DNA of 64,000 bases from Callorhinchus milii (lineage: Eukaryota): assembly GCF_018977255.1 (NCBI RefSeq), contig NW_024704743.1:26600001-26664000 (forward strand), given 5' to 3'. The translations under genes were made by a program, and so were the position numbers. The notes beneath the pieces were generated by a model. The model was not told where the DNA came from and searched no databases. It was given only the letters and a program-made list of their open reading frames with translations. Positions 1 through 12,347 of this stretch are shown one piece after another; within the stretch, counting starts at the first letter, position 1, and every line of letters begins with the position of its first letter.

Positions 1-314
1 TTTTGTAATGAATGTTTTTTCCTCCTTCGAGGTGCATGTATTTTTTATTGAGCCAGCTATCTTTTATATACTTTTGGCTGCAGGTGAATTGCAGAGCAGA
101 CATTCCCACAATGAGTTTGGCAGATGTGATTATGCATTGCTGGATCAGTACAGTCAAGTGATCTGCTTGACTCCAAGCATTACGTGTGCTGGAAGCCTGC
201 ATTCCTTGAACTAGCCTGGTAGATGAGAAGCCAAACCAGGAGAGTTGTGGAAAGATCACAATTGTTTATTGTTTGCTTTTGTTCTACCCATTAACGTGTT
301 TGCAATGAATGTTT

Positions 315-378
315 CAGCACTCTGAGATGCTATCCCATATGAAGGGTGCTATATAAATACAAGTTGTTGATGTTGTTG
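315..378 (+). mobile_element. Solo L2-type 3' tail (stem-loop plus TTG tail)
   Basis: gcactctgagatgctatcccatatgaagggtgctatataaatacaagttgttgatgttgttg matches the 3' terminus of longer L2 copies in the window (e.g. 60595-60660). Confidence 0.75.
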
Positions 379-679
379 CATTTTCACTGATCTCTTTATT
401 TCTATGAGCTCTCTTCCATCATGGAACCTGAACCACTATCCTTCATTCAGTGTTAGACACTCTGCCAATTCTATATATCATATTCAGCAGATACTAAAAG
501 AAACAATGGACAACTTTAACCAAGTGACTCTTTTGTGACTGTACTCAATACTATTTTGGTATATGGAAACCTATTTTATCAATCAAGGTTTGTGGCAAAT
601 TAAAGATTCTTATGTCTTTTGATTGAATTTCTCGTGCAATGCTTATTGCATTTTCTTGAAATTGCTCTTTGCTGCCCAT

Positions 680-900
680 TTTCCTCACTTCTTCTCCTGA
701 AAGCCCAGCAGTTTGGCTCTGCCAGACATCTTCCGGTACCTCACCCAAATGATCATTCATCATAGGCGAGCTGACCATGTGTGGTTAGACTTCATTACAT
801 GGGATGGATAGACACATCCTAAGTCTGCCCTCAGCTGAGATCCTTGCATGCATATCTTCCACCAAAGGTCATTGGTCAGTGACCATGAATGGGAATCCTT
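680..900 (-). mobile_element. Ancient tRNA-SINE relic, AmnSINE2-like 3' part
   Basis: Reverse strand has gatcatttgggtgaggtaccgg and ctttcaggagaagaag. It is collinear with copies at 3325, 17030 and 29490. Family name is from recalled consensus. Confidence 0.5.
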
Positions 901-1364
901 ACAATCTCTGGTGATGGTTAATCCATGTCTCTGAAAGCTGATAGAAAAGATTTTCTAACACAAGTGTTTTCTTACCTGTATCACTGTTATCCATGCGTTC
1001 TATTTCCCTAAATATTGCGCTGCTGGGGTTAATCAAGTGCCAATTGCACTTGTTTATAATAGGATTTCCTCTGCACTGTCCTTAATGTCCATCCTTGGTA
1101 TAATTATGGAATCCAAGTCAGCATTCCTTCCTGTAACCCATGAATGTCGTGGTATCTTACAGGAATTCTCCCTAAAAATGTAAATTGTGCTAGATTGAGT
1201 TCCCCTGATTTGATGTGATTTATTTCTGGATTTCTTCACTCAGGAATGTCAGTTGAAATGTCAGTTGAGCTTTAGACCCCCAGTTGATTAATTTTCTCGT
1301 TTTTTGACTCCTCTTGCTGATAAAGCAGGCACGAAACAGTTTTTTCGGCGGTTTCCAGTGCTAT

Positions 1365-1520
1365 CACCATCTTTTCCGGGGGTAATAATTGCTTCAAAAA
1401 ATAATAATAATAAATTGGTCACTCAATCCACAACTGTTTGTGGGACGCTGCTGTGCGCAATTGCCTTCCGTGTTTCATCCAAAAACGTAAAGTTAATTCA
1501 CTTTACAGTATATTCTGTAT
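1365..1520 (+). mobile_element. SINE fragment (Deu-like domain)
   Basis: ttggtcactcaatccacaactgtttgtgggacgctgctgtgcgcaattg...cactttacagtatattctgt is shared with the full SINE at 27089-27430. Confidence 0.85.
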
Positions 1521-2524
1521 ATTTATTTAAAATCCCTTCTTCCTGTTGCATGATATTACTGGAATATCACCAACTCACTCCAGGGCGAATCAGCAGGGTA
1601 TCTTTCAAGCCGTCTTTGAAACTAATTTATACTTTATGCTTCAATGACCTTCCCAGCATCTTGTTTTATGTATATATATATGTAATAATAATCATTTTTC
1701 TCAACATATTTCTGCTTGAATTCCTGATATACTCACATTTCTAAAAATTATGCCTCCGAGTTTTCGAACCCTTTGTCAATGTGAACAATTTGTATGGATC
1801 AATTTAAATCAATCCCCTTTATAATAGAAACAATTCTGTTGGGTTATCTTAAAAGTTTCTCCTTCCCTAATAGAGCAAGATCACAAGAAAGATTTGAATG
1901 GAGAGGCCCTTTGGCCCAGTTAATCCTTTCCTTGAAGACTACACACCCTGCTGTCCACTTATCAAAGTTTCAAGGATAGATGATCAAGTAGAGTATAAAC
2001 TCTCACCCACACTAGTTAGGCCAAATCGCCTGTTTCTGTGGTATAATATCCTTTGTAGTTCTGTGTAAGCTGATCTCAACCACATTTCTTGGAAACCCAC
2101 CCCAGTTATTGACTACTCTCTGCAAATCTAACTTAATGCCTTTTCTGCATAAAATCAATACCTGAGATTTGTTACCCTTTTTGCTACTCTATACTTGTAA
2201 GAGGCAATATACAAATTAGTCACTCCACTTTACAGTATGTCCTGGGAAGCACTTTGAGATTTCCTGCTGACGTGAAAGACGCTATATCAAAGTAAGGATC
2301 ATTATTTATTTAATATTTAATTTCCTTGTTATAGTACAGTGACCATAAACAAGTTGAGCACAATTAATATCACATCAAATTGATCCTAGTATGGCGGAGT
2401 AAATGGGGAAGACTAACCTCCTTGCAGAAATTATCGAGTACTACCGATATTCAACAAATTTCCTATACTTAAGTGATCTTAATTCATCCCCTGGTCAGGC
2501 ACCAATTTTTAGCACCACAGTATT

Positions 2525-2762
2525 TCATAGAATCATAGAAACCTACAGCACAGAAGGAGGCCTTTCGGCTCATTGTATATCAAATGCAAGGATTATTATT
2601 ATTATTGTGCGCCTGCTGTCTCTTTGAAAGAGCTACCAATTAGATCCACTCCACCAATCTTTCCCCATAGTCTTGCAACATTTTTCTTTTCAAGTAAATA
2701 TCCAATTCTGGTTTGAAAGTTATTATTGAATCTGCTTCCACCATCCTTTCAGGCAGTGCATA
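2525..2762 (-). mobile_element. CR1 LINE 3' end, with a short SINE tail inserted at about 2575-2606
   Basis: atagaatcatagaaacctacagcacagaaggaggcctttcggc is the reverse complement of a CR1 3' hairpin and octamer tail (compare 26580-26640). Confidence 0.75.
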
Positions 2763-2852
2763 CAATTTAATGATTTAATGTTTAAAAATATACTGCCACA
2801 GCCAGTGATTTATATTGCCGGTAAGATGGAGGTGTATCTGAGCATGGTTATC

Positions 2853-3110
2853 TGAGCTCTGGAACTCCATCCCCCAGTGCCTTCACCTTGCTTTCTCCCT
2901 TTTCTCCTTCAAGGCCGGTCTCAAGACCTTTCTCTTTGACCGTGCCTTCAGCTCCCCTCTCGACTCTTTACCCCCTCCTCGCTCCCTCCCTTCCCTCCCC
3001 TCACCCTGACCATTTCCCCCCGGCTCGGGTCCCGACCCAACTGTCCAGCGCCTTGGGACGTCCTCCCGACGTGAAAGGCGCTCTATAAATGAAATCTTGT
3101 TGTTGTTGTT
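2853..3110 (+). mobile_element. L2 LINE 3' fragment, young subfamily
   Basis: Highly similar to the 3' end of the L2 at 43165-43430 (opposite strand). Ends in the stem-loop and (TTG)n. Confidence 0.9.
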
Positions 3111-3324
3111 ATGGTGTTCTAGATTCACATGACATACATAGGCATTCACATGGGAATACGTAAAGGTCTCAGAAGTAATTTTCTCGTTCGATCAGTCGAA
3201 ATAGTGCTTAGAGAGATGTCATTCTCTCATTACATATGGTACATGAGTTGTCTTCATATGAGGTCATTGGAGCTTCAGTATAAGTGTAATTGGAACTTGG
3301 TGTGTAATTGAAGAATGCAACCAA

Positions 3325-3600
3325 TTCACCAAGTCCACGTGTATTTAATGAGCTCAGTCAGCTCAGTGAAGATCAAAAACTGAGACCATGATAGTTTATA
3401 TGGATTAGTTTCCTGCTGGCTAGTGTGTATACAAACTAAGGGATCCGGGAAACTATTCTTGCCGGAAAGCATGCACCCAAGTGAATGTCGGAAAAGGACA
3501 GGATTGGACTTGGCCGAACTCTCCTTATATTTACCTTTTAAGATCACACTTGTGGAATAAGTATTTGGAAAAGGTACGGGAAGTTGGACATGGAATTAGA
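3325..3600 (+). mobile_element. Ancient tRNA-SINE relic, AmnSINE2-like
   Basis: tgccggaaagcatgc...gtgaatgtcggaaaaggacaggattggacttggc is collinear with the other copies in the window. Confidence 0.45.
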
Positions 3601-3689
3601 ATTGGCTGAAGGGAAGGAAGTTCAGGGTCTTTTTTTTTGGTGGGGGGTGCAACTAGGTCAAAATGGGAGAAGGTTTTAAGTGGAATGTC

Positions 3690-4350
3690 TCAGTGGATTG
3701 TACTTCCTTGTATATATTAATGACCAGTGTAAGATAGTTAATTTTGCAGGTGACACCAAGTTGGGGTGAACTGACAGAGGTAGCAGCAAAGGCCCTATAA
3801 AGAGACCTTAATAGGGTATGCACATGAGCTGACAACTGGCATCTGAAGTTCAATAGAGATAAATTCAAGGTACTACCTACTACAAGGTAAGAATACTCCA
3901 TGGATAGAAAGAACTTGCCAAGGGGGAAACTGAAAGAGATCTAAGGATGTTATTTAATTAATCACCATGTCAACAGTGTAATGCAGCAATGAAATAAACA
4001 AGGCAAACAACATGCTGAGCTATATTGCTGAATTCAATTGATTTTAGATTCCCAGATGTCGTACTCAAGCTATACAGAGCTCTGTCAGGCTGCACCTAGA
4101 ACACAGCAGAAGTTCTGATCAGAATGAGCTTTGAGCAACGATTAGACAGCTTGTGATCTTCTGTCACCTTATGTAGGCATATAAAATGTTAGATGGGGTT
4201 GAAGAAGTAAACCCAGAACAATAGTATGCTCTAAGGCAGTAGAACAAGTGGACATAGGGTTACTGATGGAAAAGGTGATTTAGGAATAGATACTAGGAAG
4301 TTTTTCTTTACCCAGAGAGTAATCGATAGGTTCTCAGGCAGGCCAGGACA
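3690..4350 (+). mobile_element. Degenerate CR1 LINE, RT to 3' region
   Basis: ttgcaggtgacaccaagttggg (FADDTKLG-like), ggctgcacctagaa (RPHLE-like) and tttttctttacccagagagt (FFTQRV) are collinear with the CR1 at 25061. Confidence 0.7.
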
Positions 4351-5084
4351 TGAGAATCATTTTTTAAGAAAGCAGCTTGATGTTGTGATGAGAGGATGAT
4401 TCTGGAATGATGAGATGAAATACTTAAAGGTTGAAAGGCCTGCTTTACTTTAAGCAAATCTTGCGTAATCTTGGATCCAAACTTGAACATGAATGATCAC
4501 TTTCAGGAAAGGGAAAACAAAGGAACTTAATCCTCAATAATAAAGCAAATTCACTTATGAAAGTTATCCAAATGGAGCAGCTGAGTTGCAGCAAAGAATG
4601 ATTGATGGCTCAGAAGGTTTAACATCCAAGTATTTCCTAAATGAAATACTTTTTATTTTATTCCCTTAATAAAATATTTCTACTAAATTAATTTCTGGGA
4701 TCTAAAATCCTTGACAATAAAGAAATCTGCTGGCATTGGATCAGACAGATGGATTTGGTTGCAGTCAAAGTGTGATTATTTGGTTCCAGGCTTCTCCAAG
4801 CCTTGTATGGAATATCTGATTGTACGTACATTAGCCATAATCCTGTGAAGCTGTGACCTAACCAACCAAGAAAAAAAAGGAGGCAATGTCCAGATGGAAA
4901 TGGCAAACCAGCTCTTCTCTCCAACAGACTCTCAGAAAGCTAATATATATGTCACCTGTATTCATTTTTATGTGCCTGCCTGACCAATAATTGAATGGCT
5001 AAATTGAAAACCTGCCTGCATCACAAATGAAGCCTCCTGAAACATGGTATTTGCAAATAATAATCAGGTTATACTTATCAAGGT

Positions 5085-5260
5085 CTGGGTGGTGTAATGA
5101 ATCAGAACCTTTCTTCACTGGAACCTGTGTTCAAATTCAGACTGGATTGATTGGAAGTCTGTCTCTCTGCTAGTTAGTTAGATAGTGTGAGGGACTCATT
5201 TTATTCAGGAGATTGTTGGCTAGAACACTGGTATAAACTCTCAGCTCTTTTCAAATACAG
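5085..5260 (+). mobile_element. LF-SINE-like head relic
   Basis: Degenerate tRNA-like head (cctttcttcactggaacctgtgttcaaattcagac), similar to 9290-9420. Confidence 0.35.
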
Positions 5261-7129
5261 AGAGAGAGAGAGAGACGCAGACACACACAGAAGGAAGTGT
5301 CCAATCCAAAGCCTGTTGGTCTACTCCATGGTAAGGTCGACGAACACTGAGTTCTGGTTTTGGCTTCTTCCCTTTACACAGGCACAAAAGGAAATTTTAG
5401 TAAGGTTTTCAGATGGTCTCGGTGTTGGGTGGGTGGGGTCTCGGAGATGTCAGTTCTCCAGGGGGATCATATGATCTGGAATATGTTCTAAGTTTTACAA
5501 TCAGTTGACTCAAGAGATGAAAGTGCCCAAAACTGAACGTGGTTCTCCATTTGCGGTGTAACCAATGATGTGTACAAAGCCGGCATTTTGCTTTGCTTTT
5601 GTATTCTATGCTTCTATATATAAAACCTTTTTTAACAGGCTTTTCCTCTTGTCCTATCATTTTTGTAGGATGGTGGTGGGGGAGGGGGTTGTTGGGGATT
5701 GTCACACAAAGAAGCTGATACCATAAACTGAATAGTCAGCAAGTGTTGCAAAAAAGCAATTTTAAGTAGAAAACCTGTCCTCCGTTTTGTAAAACCAGGG
5801 CCAATGTTACCAATTTTGCATTAGAATCAATTCATAGATAATACACCCCCACATATTGCTGTGCTCTGAAGGGATTAAATCTAGTTGTTGAGCAGCAGCT
5901 GATGCTGTTTAACTACAGCTAAAAATCACTAGACACTTCAAACAGTGGGCTGGAATTGTTGTACACACCACCAGCTTCAGTCAACTGAGGAATAATGAAG
6001 ATCTTAAAGTTTCTGAGTGCCCGGGCCTTGGTATCAGATGCCCAGATTGCTCAGAGAAGTTTAGTTCATGTCGCACAAAACTTGTATCCACTGTTTTTTA
6101 AACCCAGTTATTTCCTGGAGCAGCCAACTGTGCTTCATGACTTGGTGGAGTCATGGCCATCGGCAGAGTTTGGCATCGCAAAGCTGTTAGGAAAGACAAC
6201 TGACTGTGAGGATGATCTCTCTGACAGGACCCGTAGAGCTTGTCTATGAGCCTGCCTTAGAGACCTGAAGAACTATGTTTTGAACAGCTCCAGGATCTAC
6301 TCGAAGCAGCTAAAACTGGTTGATCTAACTCTGTGACGTTCAACCTCAACAGTGCCCCTGCAAACTAGGCTTGGGGAGATGGGGAAGAACCATGCTTCTG
6401 TTACAGACCTGTTTAGATTTACTGGTGAAAATGGACACCGGTCAACTTGACATTCAGGCGTTCGACAACTTAATTGATGTCTTGGTGAGCTCATTTATGA
6501 AGTGATGGTTCAGGTCCTGCACCCAAGAAGCTGGTGCCCGATCAAGATCAGGATCCTTAAATTCCAGGCACGCAACGTGGTTGTGCCTAAATTATTTTAC
6601 ATGATTAAGCTGATCCAGCCCGAGTCCCTGCAAAAGCTGAAACTGGTTCACAACATCTAATTCTGGTTCAAAACTGGTTCAAAACTCTATTGTGCTGCTG
6701 AACTTGGTACCTTTGCTCAGATCTTTGACACTCCCAGCAACACCTTTTAATATACGTGGGATGACTCCAGGGGTCAAATTCCTGCTGGTGATGATAGGTG
6801 AAAGGCTGAGCATAATGAAGCATCTCACAGAACTGAACCTGCACTTTTCCATTCTCACCGGATGAATTTGCCAGCTACTCAGGTAGAGTGCAGGATGACT
6901 GATGAGAGTTGGTTTAAATGAGGTAGTTTTGAAGGTTTTCTGCTAGGTGCATATATATCTGGAACTCTCATTCTGGTCTGGATACTCTTAAACATAGAGA
7001 TGAGTTTCTGTATGTGTTGGACACCTGGCTGATCGAAATCAAAAATCTGATCACTGTGGAGATGGTTCTTTTCAATGTGGAGTAGGATCTCCTCTAGGTG
7101 AAGGCATCAAAAAGAACCTTTGTCCCACC

Positions 7130-7357
7130 ATCAGCTATGATGTGAATAATCAATTTCATCTGGGCGATTATTCACCAGGATGAACTTCCTTCTTGCTTCA
7201 AATAATACCATGGATATTTAACATCCACCTGGACAGGTATGACTTTGGATTAATGACTCATCTGAAGGTTGTCATTTCTGACAACCAGTACTCACCAGCA
7301 TTGTAATATAGCTCAACGTGGCAAACTTCTGGCAAGAGTGCTACCAATTTAGCCAAA
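7130..7357 (-). mobile_element. Old Deu-type SINE (SacSINE1/AmnSINE1-like)
   Basis: ccatggatatttaacatccacctg...ctcatctgaagg...agagtgctaccaatttagcca, i.e. reverse of the head plus Deu domain. Confidence 0.6.
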
Positions 7358-9289
7358 CATTGAAGGAAGCAAGGATTGCATTATTCATTTAGGACATTAG
7401 CATTATATCAGTTATTGAGTGGTCTGAAAGAGTCTGACAATTTTGTATTGAGTTCGTTTTGTTCAAAATGCTGTTTTCTTCAGACTGAATGGGTCAGTAC
7501 TGGAAAATGGAATGGTTTTCACTTTGAATCGTCTCGACCTAGTGGGGTCCCTTTGGAGCTAAACTGGAGGTTCTCAGTACTCTGGGTCCAGAGTTAGGCG
7601 GGTCCGCAGTACTTCAGGGCACAGACCAGTACTCTGAGATGCTATATAAATGCCAGTTGTTGTTGTTAACATCAGGTCATTGCTGTCAATGTATAAGTGA
7701 TATCACCGATGACCTATGACCCGAAGTCGGCCATTTTTAGTATGGGAACTGACGAGTGGGCAGGAAGCTCTGTGTATATATACAGTGAATGCAGAAGCAT
7801 TGACCTGTGATTCTATCCTATTATATTGCTGGTTGGGATTTATGGTTAGAAACTACCCTGTTTAATTGAGGTTCAACTGTATATTAGTTTGGATGTGAGA
7901 CTTAATCAGGATTCAACAAAAGGTATTTTTTTGGCTGACAGTATCATAATCCTTGTATTTGATATGACATGTCCTGCCTGGAGGATGTTTCAAAGCATTG
8001 CACAGGATTCACTGTAAAATGCAATCACTGTGTATACACCTTGCCTCTGGATCAAGGTTTTTGTAAATGTTTTTTTTTAAAAGATTAAACCAAATGCAAT
8101 CATTTTTAAAAAAAACTTCTTAAGATATTAGTTTTTTTTATCACACTTATTGTTCAGAATTTCAAAACGTTTCTTAAATATACATCTGCTATTTTTGGAT
8201 GTCTTGGTTTCTTTTTCACTTTAAGAATTTTTCTTTCCTGTATTTGATCTTTTTACCTTTGTCTCTCTGTCTCAGTCAGATATCTCACCCTCTTTGTTTG
8301 TTTGATTCCACCCCCCCCCCACCCAATGCTGGTATTTTCTGTGCCATATTTTCTGAGCCTCTGTTTCTCATTCCCACTTGCAGTGTGAATTTTGACAAGT
8401 TACCACCCTCAATAGAACTTTTTTTTTACTGGGATCCTGGTCTTTGAATTGTACTCAGTTGGAATAAGTTGACCTAACCTGTGACAGATAGTGTGTGTTA
8501 TGATTGAATGCTATGAATGAGCTTGAGTTACTGTTGGCATTCAGTTTAAATTCTATAGCAAGATCCATGCAGTCATGGTATTGTGCGGGAATGGGTTTCA
8601 GAGAGATGACAGACAATTTCTACTCTCTTGGAGAATGTTTTATCAATGAGCAAAAATAACAACTTATTTTTACTGATTGTCAGCACTGATGGTTGGCAAC
8701 ACTGGATTGAATTATTCAGACCAGAACCAGGCCTTGAGGGTCTTTACTGATCAATCTGTGCATATTTCATCCTGAACACAAGATCAGGGTCTTTAGGAAA
8801 ATGGCTCATCTGCATTCAACCTCTTTAAATCATTCTATTAGTTAATATCACATGCATTTCAACAATCTGTGATTCAGAGATTTGAACCCCTCGAAGCTGC
8901 TTGATCTAAACTCTGTGAGGCAACTAGAAGCATGATTGGCTTTTGAAGTGAATCCATTTCTTCTTTGCTGATGTACTTGTCAGGCCTATTCAACGGGAAA
9001 ACTGGCTTTGCTCTCATTAGCTGAGGCTGAGCTATTGGATCAAACAAAGAAACCTACAGGATGAAATGGAACACCAGAACACATGCAGTCTATATACAGG
9101 ATAAATCCAATGATAGCACCAAAAAGACTCAAGCTATCAGCATTCCTGAATTAATATTTTAAAATGATCCATGATGAAGAGTGCTCAGTAGGATATTAAT
9201 AATGCATTGTGAAAGGTGTGGATTTTAGAAGTGTATTAGTTTGATTTTAAGAAATCAAGATATGCAGGTAATGATTTAATGTCAGGAGG

Positions 9290-9595
9290 ATTTGGTGACA
9301 CATTGGATTAGAACACTATCCTTTCATCTCTCGATCCTGGGTTTGAATTCAGTTTAGACTGATGAATAGGATGAAAGTCTCCGCTGACTGTAATTCTCCA
9401 AAGTGATACAAGATTGAAGTTGTTCTCGCCTAGAGTTTAACCTTTAGACTGCTGGCAGCTTGTGCAAATTGGCTGCTGCGTTTGCTACAAATACATAGCA
9501 GGCACACTTCACAGTAAAATCCTGTGAAGCGCTTTGAAACATCTCAACGATGTAAAATGTTTTCAAATGTAAGGATTATTGTTTATTGTTATTAT
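9290..9595 (+). mobile_element. LF-SINE-like head followed by a Deu-SINE 3' fragment
   Basis: cctttcatctctcgatcctgggtttgaattcag...gaaagtctcc, then gtgcaaattggctgctgcgttt...gtgaagcgctttga...aaggattatt. Confidence 0.55.
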
Positions 9596-10944
9596 CTGTG
9601 GAGGTGATCACTATTATAAAGTGGGGAGGAGTTTGCAATGGGTAGGTCTTTTCTGTGGAAAGAGTGGGTTTAAATTCAGTTGAGTTGTCTTTTCTCATCC
9701 CATGCTCTCCTACATTTAGATGTTCCTACATTGAATCTAACCCAACATTTGTTGATGATGATATACAATTAATATACAGCTAAACGTAAAATGCATTCTA
9801 TTTCTTAGAGTGGCTAAAAACATTCTCTCCAAAATGATTTAATGCTTTAAAATAAAAAAAAACACTTGCATTTGATACAGCACCCTATTACATTGAAACA
9901 TGTAAAAAACACTTCACAAAGAGTATATTTTTGAAGCAAAGAAATGTGTTGCAATACAAAAAACGTGTTTTTGATAGTGCCTATAACATGGAAGTGTCTT
10001 GAAGTGTTTTACTGTTAATTGCTGTCAAATGTAGTGATAGGTTTTTATAAATAATCACAATGGATAATCTGTGCAGGAATGATTCACAAACATTAATTAA
10101 TTAATCCAGCTTTATTGAATACTGGATCAGGGAGAAATAATGGTTGGAGAATTTTTTCATGAGTGAGGTTTCTGTTATTTTCAGCCATGAGAGTTCTGTT
10201 TAAAATCAAGCCGGTATCTGGTGAAGCAGATAAATATGTTCAAAAATTGGCTGGCTCAGGGCAACTAAATTTCCCCAGACCCTAGCACTGCTCTATGGAT
10301 TAAGAGCCGGTGTCAGCAGTACTGATTGTGAATCGTGTGATATCTGTATGGTTGGATGTTAACCATATTAACAACCCTTAACTAACACTCATTTTCATAA
10401 TGGTAATTTCCCTAAAGCTCAATTATGTGTTCTCCCGAGCAAATATTCAATTAATATTGCTGATGGAAACTCCACTCTAACATCAGTAAAGTCCCCATAT
10501 TTTAATGATCACTACATTGTTGTAAAATGTAAAGTCAAAGTAAAGAATCTCTGAACTTGTTGAGGTATCTGATTTCAAGTTGAGTGGTTGAGGGATTTGG
10601 CCTTAATGCCCCATGCAGGAAAGAGGGAAGTCATCCAAGGGTTTTGTTTGGGTAAAATTTGAAAGAATGTTATAAAATAATAATAATCCGTGCATACAAC
10701 GCCTTATCACATCGTCGAGGACGACTGCTGGGTGTGGAACTGTCCAATAGCATGAATGAGAATCTGCAGCAGTATGTCTTTTTTTAGAAAATACAAATGG
10801 TTAAAATTTGAAATTATTTCTCATCTCAATGCAATTCCTAAATATTTCCTTATCCTGTTCATTTAGGCCATCTGAATTTTTCTGCCTTTTCTGATACCAG
10901 AAATGTGATTCCGATTCATTCCAGCATTCTACTGTTTGTTGTTT

Positions 10945-11068
10945 TCACGATCCTCTCCCCACCTGCTCGGCTCCCTGCCCAGCTCAGGTGCCCAGTGAGC
11001 AGTGTTAAGTGCTTTGAGACATTCCCCTGTTGTAAAAGGCACTATATAAATGCAGGTTATATTGTATT
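10945..11068 (+). mobile_element. L2 3' UTR fragment
   Basis: C-rich UTR followed by aagtgctttgagacattcccctgttgtaaaaggcactatataaatgc. Confidence 0.7.
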
Positions 11069-11385
11069 TCCTTCTTCGATATATGGCATTTTGAAATCTG
11101 AAGAGAAAGGCCAGGTTACAAAAGCTACAACAAATCCCTAACATTTACGTTTACCTAGCAAAGAGCCTATGTCAAACTGGTCTGGAAAAGACAGCAGTTA
11201 AACATTACCTCAGCATCCCAAGATCATTGCTGTGATTTTCTGCAACTGAGCTTATTATTCTCGATGGTGTCTTTTGCAGTTGAATGCTCATAAATGTGCA
11301 AAATTTTCTTCCAGCTGATGTTGTAGTGGGACTAGGATTACCTATCGTAAAATAACAGAGTACGATTGGTAGCACAAGTTTATTG

Positions 11386-11704
11386 ATAATAATAATGATC
11401 CTTGCATTTAATATAGTGCTTTTCACATCTTGTAGACATCTCAAAGCTCTTCACGCAATATACTGTAAAGTAAATTGACCGTATAATTTGTGGGCGAATT
11501 GCGGCAGCCAATTGCGCACAGCAATGTCCCACAAACGGTCATGACTTGAAGTGACCAATTTTATTATTGTTTATTTTTTTCAGGAGGGATTATTGTCAGG
11601 CGTGTGGGGTGAGGAAACTTGCCCAAGGTTTTGCGCTTCCAGGAATTGAACCTAGGTCTCTCGCTTGTGAGGCGAGTACTCTAACCACTGAGCTACAGGA
11701 CTCC
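11386..11704 (-). mobile_element. Full-length tRNA-derived SINE, short variant
   Basis: Head ggagtcctgtagctcagtggttagag (A box), anticodon-like arm ctcgc-ctcacaa-gcgag, B box ggttcaattcc, Deu-like 3' domain, L2-type stem-loop and (ATT)n. Confidence 0.92.
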
Positions 11705-11764
11705 TAGCTATGACTAAATGTAGAATAAAATCAATAACAGTATATAAAAAATACAGGATTCACC

Positions 11765-12000
11765 TGTGGGTATGGTAATGTAATGGTAACTTTAGTGGTA
11801 ATGTTAGTAAACTAGAGGTAACCAGCATGAATGTCGGCAGTTGGGGAATTTGAACTTTAAAAAATTGAGAATTTGGACTGGCAACAGAAAAACGCTCAAA
11901 CTGCTGGATCGTTGTAAAGAAAAGTGGCTGGTTCACTCCAGGAAATTTGCCATCATTCTGTGGCCTGGCCAACATGTGACTCCAGACCCACTCAGACCCA
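11765..12000 (+). mobile_element. Ancient SINE-like relic of a further family
   Basis: gggaatttgaac...ctggttcact...ggaaatttgccatc...catgtgactccagacccac resembles a repeat I recall from shark genomes. Single copy here. Confidence 0.4.
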
Positions 12001-12347
12001 CTCAGTCACAGATAACTGGCGGTATTGACCACATTCTGAGATGAGTAAAAGAATATCAGTGGATATACTTGATTTATTCCACGCTGGCTCAAGCCACTGT
12101 AAAACCTTTTCTGGATTCCCATCAGAGATCAGCAAATGTAGCAGAGAGCAGAGATCAACTCTGGGACCTCCTGGACTTTGCCAACAACTATTGGTGAACT
12201 TGATCCAGGCTCTGTTAGCCAATAGAGCATGACATGATGATGGGCTATGACTTACATTGAATGGCCACTAGAGGTCCCCATTCGCTGGTCACTGGATTCC
12301 TTCCACGCGGCTTTTACAAGCAAATGTTTTATCTTCTTCTCATCTAA

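Noticed and set aside
551..778. 75-aa minus-strand ORF
   Set aside because: Its 5' half overlaps an AmnSINE2-like relic. No recognisable protein or splice structure.
976..1172. Minus-strand exon-like segment with a strong donor (cag|gtaag)
   Set aside because: All three frames from the best acceptor contain stops, and the peptides are unrecognised.
7484..7492. 9-nt microexon candidate (ttttcttcag|actgaatgg|gtcagt); similarly 11 nt near 62506
   Set aside because: Too short to distinguish from chance without a host gene or reads.
9357..9385. ctgatga...gaaa, hammerhead-like
   Set aside because: No stem II or stem III pairing. It lies in a SINE head.
11650..11704. tRNA-like sequence (also at 27089, 30540, 36333, 49320, 51830)
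   Set aside because: These are SINE heads followed by SINE body and tail, with no intact acceptor stem. Not tRNA genes.
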